Of a stretch of 64,000 nt of DNA, positions 42,061 through 54,060 are shown one piece after another; within the stretch, counting starts at the first letter, position 1; each line of letters begins with the position of its first letter. The notes beneath the pieces were generated by a model, which searched no databases, was not told where the DNA came from, and was given only the letters and a program-made list of their open reading frames with translations. The stretch comes from Felis catus (Eukaryota): assembly GCF_018350175.1 (NCBI RefSeq), contig NC_058368.1, positions 114,702,001-114,766,000 on the forward strand, in the 5' to 3' direction. The position numbers were made by a program, and so were the translations under genes.

Positions 42061-45000
42061 TGTCATAAATCATTCATGCGAAGGTGGCCCAGAATCATGC
42101 TGTCCTCTGAGGGAGAGCAATTTCAAGGTGGTTGTTAAACACAAAAATGTGAGTCTCGATGATTGTTTTTCAAAATCAAATGCACTTTTTATTTGAAGGG
42201 TAAAAGCAGATTTTTTTCTTTTTTTAGTTGAAGTCAATTTTTTAAGATCCCCCCGTCACTCTCAAACAATGTGTCAATAATATCTTTTCTCCCCTGATTC
42301 CTGAATTCTATCAGAAATACATTGCAAAATATATAACCTGTACATTTGCAATTCAGATCTTTAATGTGCTGAAAATGAGCTTCAGATGTTTCAATAAATC
42401 TTCAGGCACATTATTAGGAAAAAAACTCTCCCAAGTTTTGAGGGGTGTTTTCTTCTTGTGCCATATTTCAAATGAAGCTACCATGGATTGCAGGCAAGCG
42501 TAGCCCTCTTTGACACTGTCTTTATCGTGAAGGACAAAGGTGGGGAAGGAGTAGTGCCTAAAGAGAAGTGGCCTAAAAGTGACCCCCAAGACAGAAAGCT
42601 TGAAGCTGTGCAGTATGATGGGCCCCTCTAAGTTCCCAGGCTTTATCCAGACTCCTGGAATATGGATATTAAGATAAAGTGTTTTCTGTAAAAGTTGCTC
42701 GTGTGGTAGATGAAGAAGGCTATGAGGTTAGAGATTAATGAGGAAGGAAAACATGCTAGTAATTTTGGTGACATGTCCTCAGAGAGACAAATGAAGTTTG
42801 GTCTCAGGCTGTTAGGTTCTCTAAGGGTAGTTAAGTGTCCATATCCCTTTGTGTAGTATCCAGCATAGGGCCATATACCAGATGACACATGACTTCGTGT
42901 ATCTCAGAAGTCCTTTTGGGGTGAATATGTTAATAGCTGCTCCTCCTGTGTCCATCATGTGGGTAGCCTACCCTTGGTTAAAGATTGTAGGATCCATTTC
43001 TAGGTAGAACATCTTTTTCACTGAATGCGGTTGAATTTTGTTCTTTGTTATGATAATCCCACTTAGCTCTGTGAGTCCCAACTCACAGGCCTAGAATATA
43101 GGTCCTAACCTACTAGTGAATTTGCAAAATCACTTATGTGATCTTTATAACTTCATTAGTCTTGTGAAAATACTGGGGAGCTCATTCTTCCGAGTTCTTT
43201 TTCATCCCTTCTCACCGGTCCCCAATGCAAGTTCCCGATTTCTTTATTCCTCCATGCCTTGTGTGTACTACCCAGAGTGCTCTTCTTTTCCTTACCAAAA
43301 TGTTGAGCTCCTACTCCTCCTGTAAAACCCACTTAAATCTCAGCTTCTCTGTATAGCCCTCTCTGGCTTCCTGAAGCGTAGGTTGTCACTTGATCCTGCT
43401 AGATTTACCCAGCTCTGCTGTGACACACACAAGGGACGGCATGTCCATCCTTCCATTAGACTGTGAGCATCTCAAGGATGAGAACAGAGTAATCTTAATC
43501 TAGGTATTGCTGGTGCTCTCCATATCTGATACAAAGTGGAAACTCAGTGACTAAATCTCATATTTTTTTTATTACCCGAGCACTAACATACAGCCTTGGG
43601 AGAACACAAAGCTTTTTTAAGTTACATTTCATCATGATTTATGGATGCTAGGACTAACTCATAAAGCATTTACTTGAGTCCCCTATAGGAATGCCTAAGG
43701 GTAGAGAGTGACAGAGGCAAGGAGAAACTTCCTGCATTCTCAACATGCCATGGGATTTTCTGTAGATTCTGGGCAGATCAAGTCCTGTTCTTTATTCCTG
43801 CATAATACATCTAGGACTTTTATGTCTTTTGTCTTTTCTTCGCAATCATTCTAATCTAGGTGTCATCCCTTCACACTTGAACTGCAACGTTTATAGCAGG
43901 TATGACTCTCAGTTTATAAATTCCTGTGTGGGGGAAGTATCACATTTATTTATAATCTTAAATAAAGATACACTCCAGTTTTATGCTCCTATCCCACCTT
44001 AATGGTGGGAAGTTTAACCTCACCTATTTCTCATCTTCAGGTTTGAATTGTGGTTCCAGGGTCTTATATTTTGCCATCAGACTAGAGAGGGTTCTGAGTT
44101 GCTGGTTATTCCTGACACATCTGTTGTCCCATCATTTGGACCTTCCCTTCAGGTCCAGGGAATGAGTGTCTGCTCTTCATCATTGACTCACAGGATCCTT
44201 GTAAGGCTGTGAATCCTGCTGTCTAGACTCCTGTCTCCCAGTTGCTTCATGTGGCCCATCTTCTCAAGGGTCATGTTCCCTCCTCAGGTGCTTCCAGGGA
44301 GCAAGACTTAGGGTCTTAGGTCCCTTCCAGGTCCTACAAACTCATCTTCATCTGCAACCCAGGAGAATCTTTTTCTAATCTGCTTGGAGCACTTCCCTGC
44401 ATCATGCTGCTCTGAGGCCAGTTTCTTCAAGCTCTTGCTTCTATCTTACTCTTTTACAGGAATCTTAATGGTTTTATAAATCCCAAACCCATATCACTGC
44501 AACCAAAACTTTCATCTCTTTTTCTTTAATTTCAATGGGAGGTTAAGGGAAATGTCTGTCATCCAGTTCTTTTAGCAATAGAAGAAAAACTAAAAGTTAT
44601 CAAATTCTGCCATATGCTGATCTGAAACTGGCTTCCTTGCCTTTTTTCCCCCTCTTCTCCATTCAAATTATTTTGCACATTCCAATCACCAGAGTTGTTC
44701 TAAAACTTCTGCCCCAAAACTCTAGTGGTGTCTCGTTATCTCCAGAATAAAAGCAAAGCTCCAAGCACTTTATTCTACCGTTAGGGCTTCTCATGATTTT
44801 CTTCACCTTTCAGATCTGACTTCCCATTACTACTCTGTCAGAAACCCCTGGTCTAACCCTGTCCCTCTATCCCCGTGCCTCCCATCCCTCCTTCAACACA
44901 TACATGCTTTCCCACCTCCTCACCACACCTGACTTTGATGTCAGACCCAGATCAAGTGCCAGCTCCTTCAGAGAGCTTGGGGATTATCAAGTGATCTAGT

Positions 45001-46059
45001 TCCATAGTGATTCTACAGCCATCTAGTTTTCCATAAAGCCTCGTTTTTTCCCTCTATATCCATTTGGTACTTGAGGTTATGGTGCATGTTTCTGCCTTCC
45101 TCATCTAGATTTATGAGCCTCTTAAGTATAGAGACCTCTACTTTCCTGTATCCTGAGCCACCATGAAGCTCTTCGTAGTGTAGAGTGCTTACTAAATGCT
45201 GATTAGTGACGATGATGGCAAGGACATGGGACCCTTACTGAGCATACCAAACCCTGCCATATAGTGAGAAGCAGGAAAAGGAAGGGAAATGGTGGGGGTA
45301 GGGGGAGCAGGCTTCACTACTACCATGGAAACATGAATGTTTGATTGCTTTGTACCATGAAGGAGTAGCCTCCATGTCCTGCCTCTAGCACAAGAAACAT
45401 GCACCCTAGCAGTGATGAACAAATTCCAGTATTAGAGTGAACAGGCCAGAGCTCCTCTGGGTGATGGGCACACTGGTTTTGCTCTCTTTTGGCTTTACTA
45501 TAGGCTGCCTTGCCTGGCCCTCCACAATAGGGTTCTCTGTTGTGAGTGCAAACTAGCCAAACTCTCTTGAACAAACCAACCTCCCTGACACCTGCTCAGA
45601 GTAATTCTCCGCCCACCAAGCTGTGGTTAATAAACATGAATGGCTGCCATCCGCTTCACTTTGGCTAATGCTGTCAGGGTGTCTTCACACAGATAGGCCG
45701 ATGAACCTGGCAGCTCCAACTCCTACTCTGGGGACAGAGAAATGAAGCCAAGAACCCTTCTGCCTCAGCCTTTGGGGCTCCATGGGTATTTCACTTGCTC
45801 CCTGACACCAGTCTCCTGTGATCCCATGTAAGCCCTTTCTGGCCTCCATTCATGTTGATCCAGAGGTAGGGAACGGGCAGACAGGATTCCAGCAGCATCT
45901 GGGTGGTTGGACTAGATAACCTTTAAAGTTCCTTCCAGTCCTTCGAATCTTTTATCCTATAATTTTCACCTGCTTTGTTCTGAATCAACACTGAAAATCC
46001 CCAGCTTCCTGCTGATCTCTTCAGTCTCCTTACTTGGCCCCTTTCCCGCTGCTTCATAG

Positions 46060-46480
46060 AAAGACCCAGTCTAGCCACACAGGCCTTCTTTCAGTTCCTT
46101 GAATGTGTAGCTTCTGCCTTCCCATTTGCCCTTTCTTCTCCTAGGTCCCTCTTCTCCCCACCAGCCATCTGTCTAACCCTACTCAGCTTCCAGGACCCAT
46201 TTGAAATGTCACTGGTGTAGGCAAGCTTCTCAAACCCCCACTAGATTAGGTTCCTAATGCTCAGGCCAGTCCCATGTATTATCTTACACAGCACCTCATA
46301 CACTTTTATTCATTCATTAACCTACTTTTTAGTAAATAGTTGTTTAGTGTTTATTTTCTCTGGCATTTTGAAAGCTCCATGTCTGTGCAGGGAATGTGTC
46401 TTTTCTGTTCAAAATTGTATTACCAGAACCTAGCTCAATGTCTAACATCTAGTAGCTGTTCAGTAAATCATTTGTTGACT
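46060..46480. mobile_element. L2 LINE 3' fragment
   Basis: L2-type end motifs (AAGCTCCATG...GTATTACCAGAACCTAGC...TCAGTAAATCATTTGTTGA). Confidence 0.6.
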
Positions 46481-46841
46481 GGCGGATTCTGCTTCCCATC
46501 TCAATCATGCATTTCCCCTGCTGTTCATGTATTTGTTTTCTGTTATTTATACATATTGATACATTTATGCATGTGTGTTTAATGTTAGCTGTCTTAAGTT
46601 TTACTTCCCTGGAAGGCAGAGAATTCATGTATACGATTTTGTATGTGGGTGTATGTGTATGTATCTCATCCACTGTGGACTCTAGGGGAAAATTGAGAAG
46701 ATAAATGTTGTCATGGAAGAGGGTGTGAAGCTGTCATCATATCTTCTGACCTTTGTGTTATCCCTGAGGATGGGCAGGATGTGGGGCAGAACTGTGACAA
46801 CACAGGAAATTTTAGGACACTGTTAAAAGTAGTTTCCCTCA

Positions 46842-47356
46842 GGGGTGCCTGGCTGCCTCAGTCGGTAGAGCATGATCTCAGAGTCATGAGTTCAAGCCCC
46901 ACTTTGGGTGTAGAGCTTACTTAAAAAAAAGAAGAAGAAGTAGAAGTAGTCTCCCTCAAAACTGTGGTACATACTGTGGAGTGACAGAAAGGAATAGGGG
47001 ATGCTTGGGAAATTAAGAAGAAATGGAGAAGTAGGCAGAACTCGAGTCCATAGGCCTCCTTTTCCACAAAGACATTAAGAGTGCTGTTAAGTCAAAGAGA
47101 ATTATTAGTTCTGACAATAGCTCCTCTTGTTATGACCCCTTTGGTGGTGTTTTTATTACTTTTTTTTTTTTTTTGAGAGCGAGGGGGAGAGAGAGAGAGC
47201 ACAGTACAAGTGCAGGAGGGGAGAGAGAGAGAGAGGGAGAAAGAATCCCAAGCAGGCTCTGTGCTGCCAATGTGGGGCTCGATCTCAGGAACCATGGGAT
47301 CATGACCTGATCCTAAATCAAGAGACAGACACTTAAAACAGAGCCTCCCAGGCACA
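46842..47356. mobile_element. Two CanSINEs (+46842-46930, -47155-47356)
   Basis: SINE heads and tails. Confidence 0.8.
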
Positions 47357-47854
47357 CTTATTATCTTTATAGTAAAGGTAAGGTTGAGGGTGAGGGAAAG
47401 GTGGAGGAACAGCTTTTACAATTGTAATTGGAACAATGACAAGTAGGATTCATAAGGTGTAATCATAAAAGAAACTTTGTTTTTGGTTCCCACTGTTACT
47501 TTAAAACTGCTCTCCATTGATGGTCCTAATTCCGCTTCTGAACAAATGCTTTTCTTGCAGGTAATCAGGAAGCCCTATAGTGACTATGCAGTAAAACATG
47601 ATCTAGTTACGTACTTAACATGTTCAGCCCAGGTACTGTCAGTGTTTGCAGATTTCTTCAAGATTAAGCTATTTGTGCTCCCCAATCTGGGGCTTGATGA
47701 CAGTGAAGAGAGGAAGTATGGTCCTTGTTGCTTCCCTGAAATTTCTGAACCATTCAGGACTACAGCAAGAAAGTAAGAGATGGCAAGAAATTTTGTACTT
47801 ATTTCATGTTGTTGAAGCTGGCTTTTTTTTTAAAGCCACGAGGGGCCAAAGTTG

Positions 47855-47924
47855 TTTTTTTTAATATGAAATTTATTGTCAAATTGGTTTCCATACAACA
47901 CCCAGTGCTCATCCCAACAGGTGT
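47855..47924 (-). mobile_element. Very short 3' end of a carnivore LINE-1
   Basis: Poly-T then AATATGAAATTTATTGTCAAATTGGTTTCCATACAACACCCAGTGCTCATCCCAACAGGTG; flanked by GAGGGGCCA(A/G)AGTT. Confidence 0.75.
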
Positions 47925-47943
47925 AGGAGGGGCCAGAGTTTAA

Positions 47944-48157
47944 TTTTTTTTTTTCAACGTTTATTTATTTTTGGGACAGAGAGAGACAGAGCATGAGCGG
48001 GGGAGGGGCAGAGAGAGAGGGAGACACAGAATCGGAAACAGGCTCCAGGCTCCGAGCCATCAGCCCAGAGCCTGACGCGGGGCTCGAACTCCCGGACCGC
48101 GAGATCGTGACCTGGCTGAAGTCGGACGCTTAACCGACTGCGCCACCCAGGCGCCCC
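47944..48157 (-). mobile_element. Young CanSINE (SINEC_Fc-type)
   Basis: CpG-rich body; TSD GGGGCCAGAGTTTAA. Confidence 0.93.
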
Positions 48158-48655
48158 TGGGGCCAGAGTTTAAATCAGGCATTTTCTTGGGGTACTCTTG
48201 TGGGTTCTTCAGAGATCTGAAGTCCCCTCCACACATATGCACATACATGCTTGACCTGGACAAGTATGCGACACTGCTTTTTTTTTCCACACTGTCCTCT
48301 CTCAGTTGCTTTCTTCCTCTATAGCCCCTAATAATTCAACATTCCATTTCCAGTTTTTCCATGAGAAACAGGTTCTTTGCTCACTCAAGCTCTGTGACTA
48401 TGGGCAGATCCCAGCATGACAAAGCAGCCGCCAGCCCATATAGTGGTCCCTGTATTTCTTGGGCTGGAGTCAGAAATTAGTCCATTCTGCCCCTCTAATT
48501 GACAAAGACACATAGCAAGCTCTCTGAGGGGTCCCCTTGAGGCCCTTCTCATTAGGCTTGTGGTGAAATGCAGGTACCCCTCTTTCTTTGGAGAGGAGTA
48601 CCCATAGGACACCAAAATTTCTCACCAAATACATCTTTTTCAAAAACTTTCTTTT

Positions 48656-49128
48656 GGGGTGCCTGGGTAGCTCAGTTGGTTAAGCGTCTGACTCGATTTC
48701 AGCTCAGGTCATGATCTCATGATTCGTGAGATCAAGCCCCACGTTGGGCTGTGTGCTGACAGTGAGGAGCCTGCTTAGGATTCTCTCTCCACCTCTCTTT
48801 CTCTAACCCCTCCCTTATTAACAAACTTGCTCTTTCGTGATTGCACGCTCTCTCTAAATAAACAAACATTAAAAAAAAAAAAAACCACTTTCTCTTAATA
48901 TCCAACAACTTTTTTTACCCTTGACTTGGGTGAAGGTTTTAGAGTTTTGTAACTGCCTTTCAACTGTTTTCTATGAAAATTTATAGAATTTGCCAGAATC
49001 TTTGCTGGCACTTCACTTTGCTATGACATGGATACTGCAGAGTAGAGTCTCTGTTGAAACTTGTAAATACATAATACCATGTAGGGATATCAAGAACCAA
49101 GTGCATAATTTCTTTCTTTCTTCCCCCT

Positions 49129-49198
<70 letters not shown>

Positions 49199-49565
49199 TT
49201 TCTTTCTTTCTTTCTGATAGGCTCCACACTCAATGTGGAACCCAATGGAGGGCTTGAACTCACAACCTTAAGATCAAGACCTGAACTGAAATCAAAAGCT
49301 GGATGCTCAACAGACTGGGCCACCCAGGTGCCCCAAGAACCAAGTAATTAATTTTTGAGTAATGGTAGGTAATATCGTTTTCTCTTTCTGTCTTCTGTTA
49401 AGGAAGCTTAATTGTCCTTATCTGTAAGATGGACTCCCATAAGGGCACCTGGGTGGCTCAGTCAGTTAGGCATCCAACTCTTGATTTTGGCTCAGGTTAT
49501 GATCCCAGTGTCATGGGATCAAGACCTCTCTCAGGCTCTGTGCTGAGCATGGAGCCTGCTTGGGA

Positions 49566-49620
<55 letters not shown>

Positions 49621-49707
49621 CTTGTCCTCCCACCCCTGCGCCTCTCCCCGACTCATGCTCATTCTCTCAAAATAAATAAATAAAACTTAAAAAAATAATA
49701 AAATAAA
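48656..49707. mobile_element. Three CanSINEs (+48656-48884, -49110-49334 with (TTTC)n, +49443-49707)
   Basis: SINE heads, microsatellite tails. Confidence 0.85.
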
Positions 49708-51726
49708 ATGGACCCCTATCTTTTCCTTACCTCACAGTAAGATAGATAAACTAGAAGTTGTGAGGATAAAAGATGACTCTGGATAGATCACAGGCCCCGG
49801 GGAATAGTTAAATAATCTGCAGAAGCAGCATTTTTCATACACAAGTAGAGATGAAGGGCTTGATGGAAAGAAGAAAAGAAAATGCCCAATTTCATCAGTG
49901 TTTTTGTCAACTCCATCCTAACCCCTCCCACCCACCCCCCCTTGGTTTGGAGCTGTCTTCTTGTTAGATGCAGGTCCCTGTTATAGCCCCAAAGCAATGC
50001 TTCTCAGAGCAGAGGCAGCTCCTATTAGATCAATATTCCTTGGCTCTGTGTTTTCCAGCTGTGTTTGTTGTCTGTGTCTGTGGGTTTAAGTTTGGAAGGG
50101 TAGATGTCATCACTTTTGATAAAATGGCTGAATATCTGTATTCTATCATGATGAAAAGACATCTTGGTCTCCTGGTTCAGAGCCAGAGCCTGTCTTGCAA
50201 GGAATTCAAAGGCTGCACCCCGAGCTGCTGGCAAGCCAGCAGATGGAGTCGCAGACCTTTTCTGTGTGCCTCTGTGTCCACCTGGGCTGGTATGCCCAGT
50301 GATGCTGGATCCACTGGGACAGTGAAATGAATACAAATGATTGCACCCTATTGCCATAACTATTTGTCTGCAGAGGAATTTAGTAAAATATAATACTGGG
50401 AAAGTTGTTTTCATGTGCCTCTCTGGAATTACTGCAGAAGCAGTTGTAAGGAGTGAGTGCTTGTATGCTTGAGACAACTGTAGGGCATAAGTGAAGGAAA
50501 GATGTAGAAATGTCAGAATCAAGTCCTGGGCAGTGGGGGAATATGGCACAGTCCTCTCATCCTGGAAAACCTTGGGGAAGATAAAGGAATACAACCAGTA
50601 GTTCTTGGAAGGAAAGAGAAGCCTTCAAAGGAGAGTTTCAACAACGAAACTGAATTCCTGTCTGCCTGACTTACTCATCTCTGAGTGAACTGCCAGCACC
50701 TGAGTCCCTCTTATTAAAATCTGTAGATTGCTAAAGAAATTTACTTTGGGGCCAGTAGTAGCATTTAAGCTTCCCTGAGATTACTTCTTCTATTTTCTAG
50801 GAACCCACCACACAGCTGTGTGTGTGATAGCTCTTAATAAATACAAGAGGCATGAATGGCATTCTCATTGAGAACTCTTTTCTGCCCCTATAGGGCTCCA
50901 TCTGTGAAATGGAGAGTCCTCCCCACCTCCTCCCAAATGAATGGAAAGGGGCTCCAAAATGGAGGGTGGCCAGTGGATGGATTCCTACTCTCAAGGGCAG
51001 GGCTGGTGATACTTCCTGCTGAATTCCTCTGTCTGAATAACCCAAATCCAGAAGTAGTGGTAGACTGGGGAACTAAGCAGGATAGCCTCAATAACCCAAT
51101 GCCTAATCCTACCTAGAGGACTACCTAGGACTACCTAGGGAAGGGGGCATCCTACTTGGTCCTTTGCTCAATCCTTAGGTGAGGGGAGTCAGAAGTGCTT
51201 GGGTCCTGAGCTGCAGAGCAGGAGGCAATCTGTTCTTCATTGGGAATCCAGAGGTGTCTGGCAAGTTGGCCACAGGCCTCCCTGGAGCCCAGAGCTCTTT
51301 GAAGAGAAGAAAAGGTTCTAAGAACAAGGAAGCTTCTGCTCTTGATGAGAAAGTCTGAAGGGAAGAAAATGAGACTAACAAAGGCTGAAGAGAACTGTCT
51401 GTGACTGAAGAGAATGTTAATGGCTCTGCTTGGGAGCTTCAAAGACTAAGTTGGATAGGATGGCACACAGATGCCTCTGCTGTCACCTACAGAATACTTA
51501 CCAAGGACTAAGGCTTGCAGACAATCACAGGACAGGAAACAGCACCTGCTGACAAAAGAAGCTGTTGGGAGATCCTAGGCCTGGCTCAGCCCGTCAAGAT
51601 TTAACTTCTTTCTTCTGCGTCAGTCCATAGATAGGGTTCCAGAAGAACTTAGGTGCAAGGGAAATGGCTCTTCTGGAACAAATCTGGCCAACTCTTGTCT
51701 CTTTTCTCTGTTTACAGAATGGTAGC

Positions 51727-52108
51727 TGCTATGGATTGGATTGTATTCCCCTAAAATTCAGATGACTAAAACCCTAACCCCCAATGTGGTGGTATTTGGG
51801 GAAGGGCCTTTGAGAGGTTTTTAGGTTTAGATGGTGTTGTTTAGAGGTTATGAGGGTGGGGCTCTCATGATGAAATTAGTGCCCTTATAAGAGGAGACAT
51901 CAGAGGGCTTGTTGTTTAACTCACCTCCCCAGGCCCCTTGTGAGCACACACCAAGACGGTGGACATGTGCAAACCAGGAAGAAAGCCCTTGTAAGAACTT
52001 AGCCACGCTGATACCCTGACCTCAGATTTCCAGCCTCCAGAACTATGAGAAAATAAATTGAAGCCACACACTCTATGGTAATTTGTGATGTCAGCCAGAG
52101 CTGACTAA
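51727..52108 (+). mobile_element. MLT1A-like MaLR solo LTR
   Basis: TGCTATGG start; AAACCCTAACCCCCAATGTG, CCAGCCTCCAGAACTATGAGAAAATAAA, CTATGGTA...GACTAAG motifs. Confidence 0.8.
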
Positions 52109-52129
52109 GGGAGCCCTGGTGGATGCTGT

Positions 52130-52494
52130 CAGTACTCCTGCCGGAATGCATCTTTACCACATCAGAGTATCATGTCTCCAGCTGCTGTATTGGGTTCTAA
52201 GTAGCTCACAGATGCCCCCTTCTCAAGAAAATTGCTTGGTGGATGGGAGACCCTATCTGTACTTCCCTATCGCTTTCACCCCCTTCACCTCAAGGAAGGA
52301 TCAATTCTTTGGTGTTATTTATGTTCTTGAGCTCCCCTGTGGGATCAGGCAGAAGCCAAACAAAGCTGCAACCACATTCTTCTTTCCTGCCATCTCCTGC
52401 TTTTTTCATTCTTTCTCCTAAGGGCACACCTCAATAAATCATATTACCTGAATCCTCTCTTGAGCTCTGCTTCTAGGGAACCAAACTTAAGACA
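52130..52494 (+). mobile_element. Ancient ERVL LTR (LTR16/LTR33-like)
   Basis: AATAAA then CTCTGCTTCTAGGGAACCAAACTTAAGACA end. Confidence 0.6.
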
Positions 52495-53679
52495 GCACCT
52501 CTCCCAAGTGGTAGAGTATTGAGTAACCCAAATAACTTTGTGATTATAGTGATGATGATTAATGCCCAATGATTATGAACATTGGGAATAATACCCTCTA
52601 TTCCTCTGTCCCAAAAGTATAGATGAGTAGAGGTCTGCTGAGAGAAGATGAGGATGTGTTCTAGCAATAGGTGGCTTCTTCAGCAGGCATCTGGCAGACA
52701 GTGGTGCCAGCAAGGATTTAAGTAGCCTTGTTAGCTCAGAACCACAGGCTGAGGTTCCACGGATTTAACCAATTATGGAACCATCTTGATTGCAAGAACC
52801 CTTAAGCCATGACTAGACAGCTAGTCAATTGTGCAGGTCTGTGCTCTGTTTGGGAGCTGGCCAGGCTTCACCTTCCCAGGGCAGGGTCCAGAGTCATCTG
52901 AAAGGAGAAGCTCAGCACCTGCCCAGGAACTGCCTGCTGTTGTGGGGGCTTTAGGTGCTCGGGTTCTGGTATGTTTCACTCAATCTGTTGGCTTCTTCTT
53001 GTTGCTATTTTGTGCTTGGGAGATTCTTTTTCACTCTTTTTTGGTAATCGTTCTCTTTGGTTTCCCTCTTTCTTCCTTCTGTACTCCCTGCTTTATTCTC
53101 CAAGTCCAGGCTTCATCATCAGAGTCTGCGAGATTTGGGACTGGCTCCCTCTTGCGAGAATAAGGGTGAATTCTTACATTCTTCCAAGGAAGCCGCTACA
53201 AAACAGTTACTTAACTGCTTCTGGTGACCCCTTAGAACATAACTTCCTTCACATTGACAGAGAGGATAGGAAGGGATGGAGTTGGCAAAGGAGCAGAGAA
53301 CTCTCTGACATATCACTGAGTCCTGGTGTGCCACTGATATATCTTGACCCATCTACATTGATAGTGGCCAAAGGAAAATGTGAGAGCACAGTAAATCTTT
53401 CTCTCCAGATATTCCCACTGATTTAGGGACATGCCTCAAATACTGAGTTGACTCAGTATTTTTAGAATGAAAGTGGCTCCTCATTCTTGTTCTCAAGAGA
53501 TCTGGGATCTTGTGTTTAGATATGGAGGTAAACGGGGGAAGTTTTGACAACTCTCATCCATTTCCATAACTTTTCTCCTAATATATTTTGTGAGAGGGAA
53601 TAAAGCTGAGGTAGTTTAGGGACGCAATAACAGATGAGTGAAAGGCAGCTATCTGCCTCTTTCCCAAACATCTCCAGCA

Positions 53680-54060
53680 AAGAGTAGACTTGCTTCAGGA
53701 AGACTAAATCCATGAGTTTAAATGGTGCATCAAGGTGTAGACTACTTCCATCACTTAGCTTTGCTTACTCCTGCATAGCTTTACTCTTAGGCAGGTTCTC
53801 TACACGTGGCAGCCATATGGCCACCAGCAGCCCCAAAACAGTGCTATCCTTAGAACTCACCATTCTAGAGGGAGAAAGCATGTATCATTTCCCATAGCTC
53901 CTGCAAAAACACAGAAAAGACTATGATTAGTGTGGTCTGGGTCGTATATCCTTCTCTGAACCAGTTGCTGCAAAGTAATTTTTTTGGCTGCAAAGTAATT
54001 TAATGGGCTAGGTGTGGATTGTGTCCTTACCCCTGGAGTTGTAGGGAGCGTCTTGTCCCT
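53680..54060 (-). mobile_element. Old MLT1 (J/K-like) MaLR LTR fragment
   Basis: CTTAGGCAGG...ATGGCCACCAGCAGC...GATTAGTGTGGTCTGGGTC...TGAACCA motifs. Confidence 0.5.

Larger units (their letters stand above)
36780..53170 (-). pseudogene. Possible decayed multi-exon LRRC74-like (leucine-rich repeat) gene
   Basis: Exon-like segments with splice signals and disrupted LRR-like peptides in colinear order; see findings. Confidence 0.4.

Noticed and set aside
41915..42196. 93-aa ORF as a functional domesticated transposase
   Set aside because: TTG start, upstream stops and poly-T disruption, and no WPGS-HD or later catalytic residues
50025..50594. 189-aa ORF as an intact gene
   Set aside because: Non-ATG start and the protein-like signal switches frame; treated only as part of the putative pseudogene
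51108..51140. Short tandem (CTACCTAGGA)x3
   Set aside because: Simple slippage repeat without spacers; not CRISPR-like
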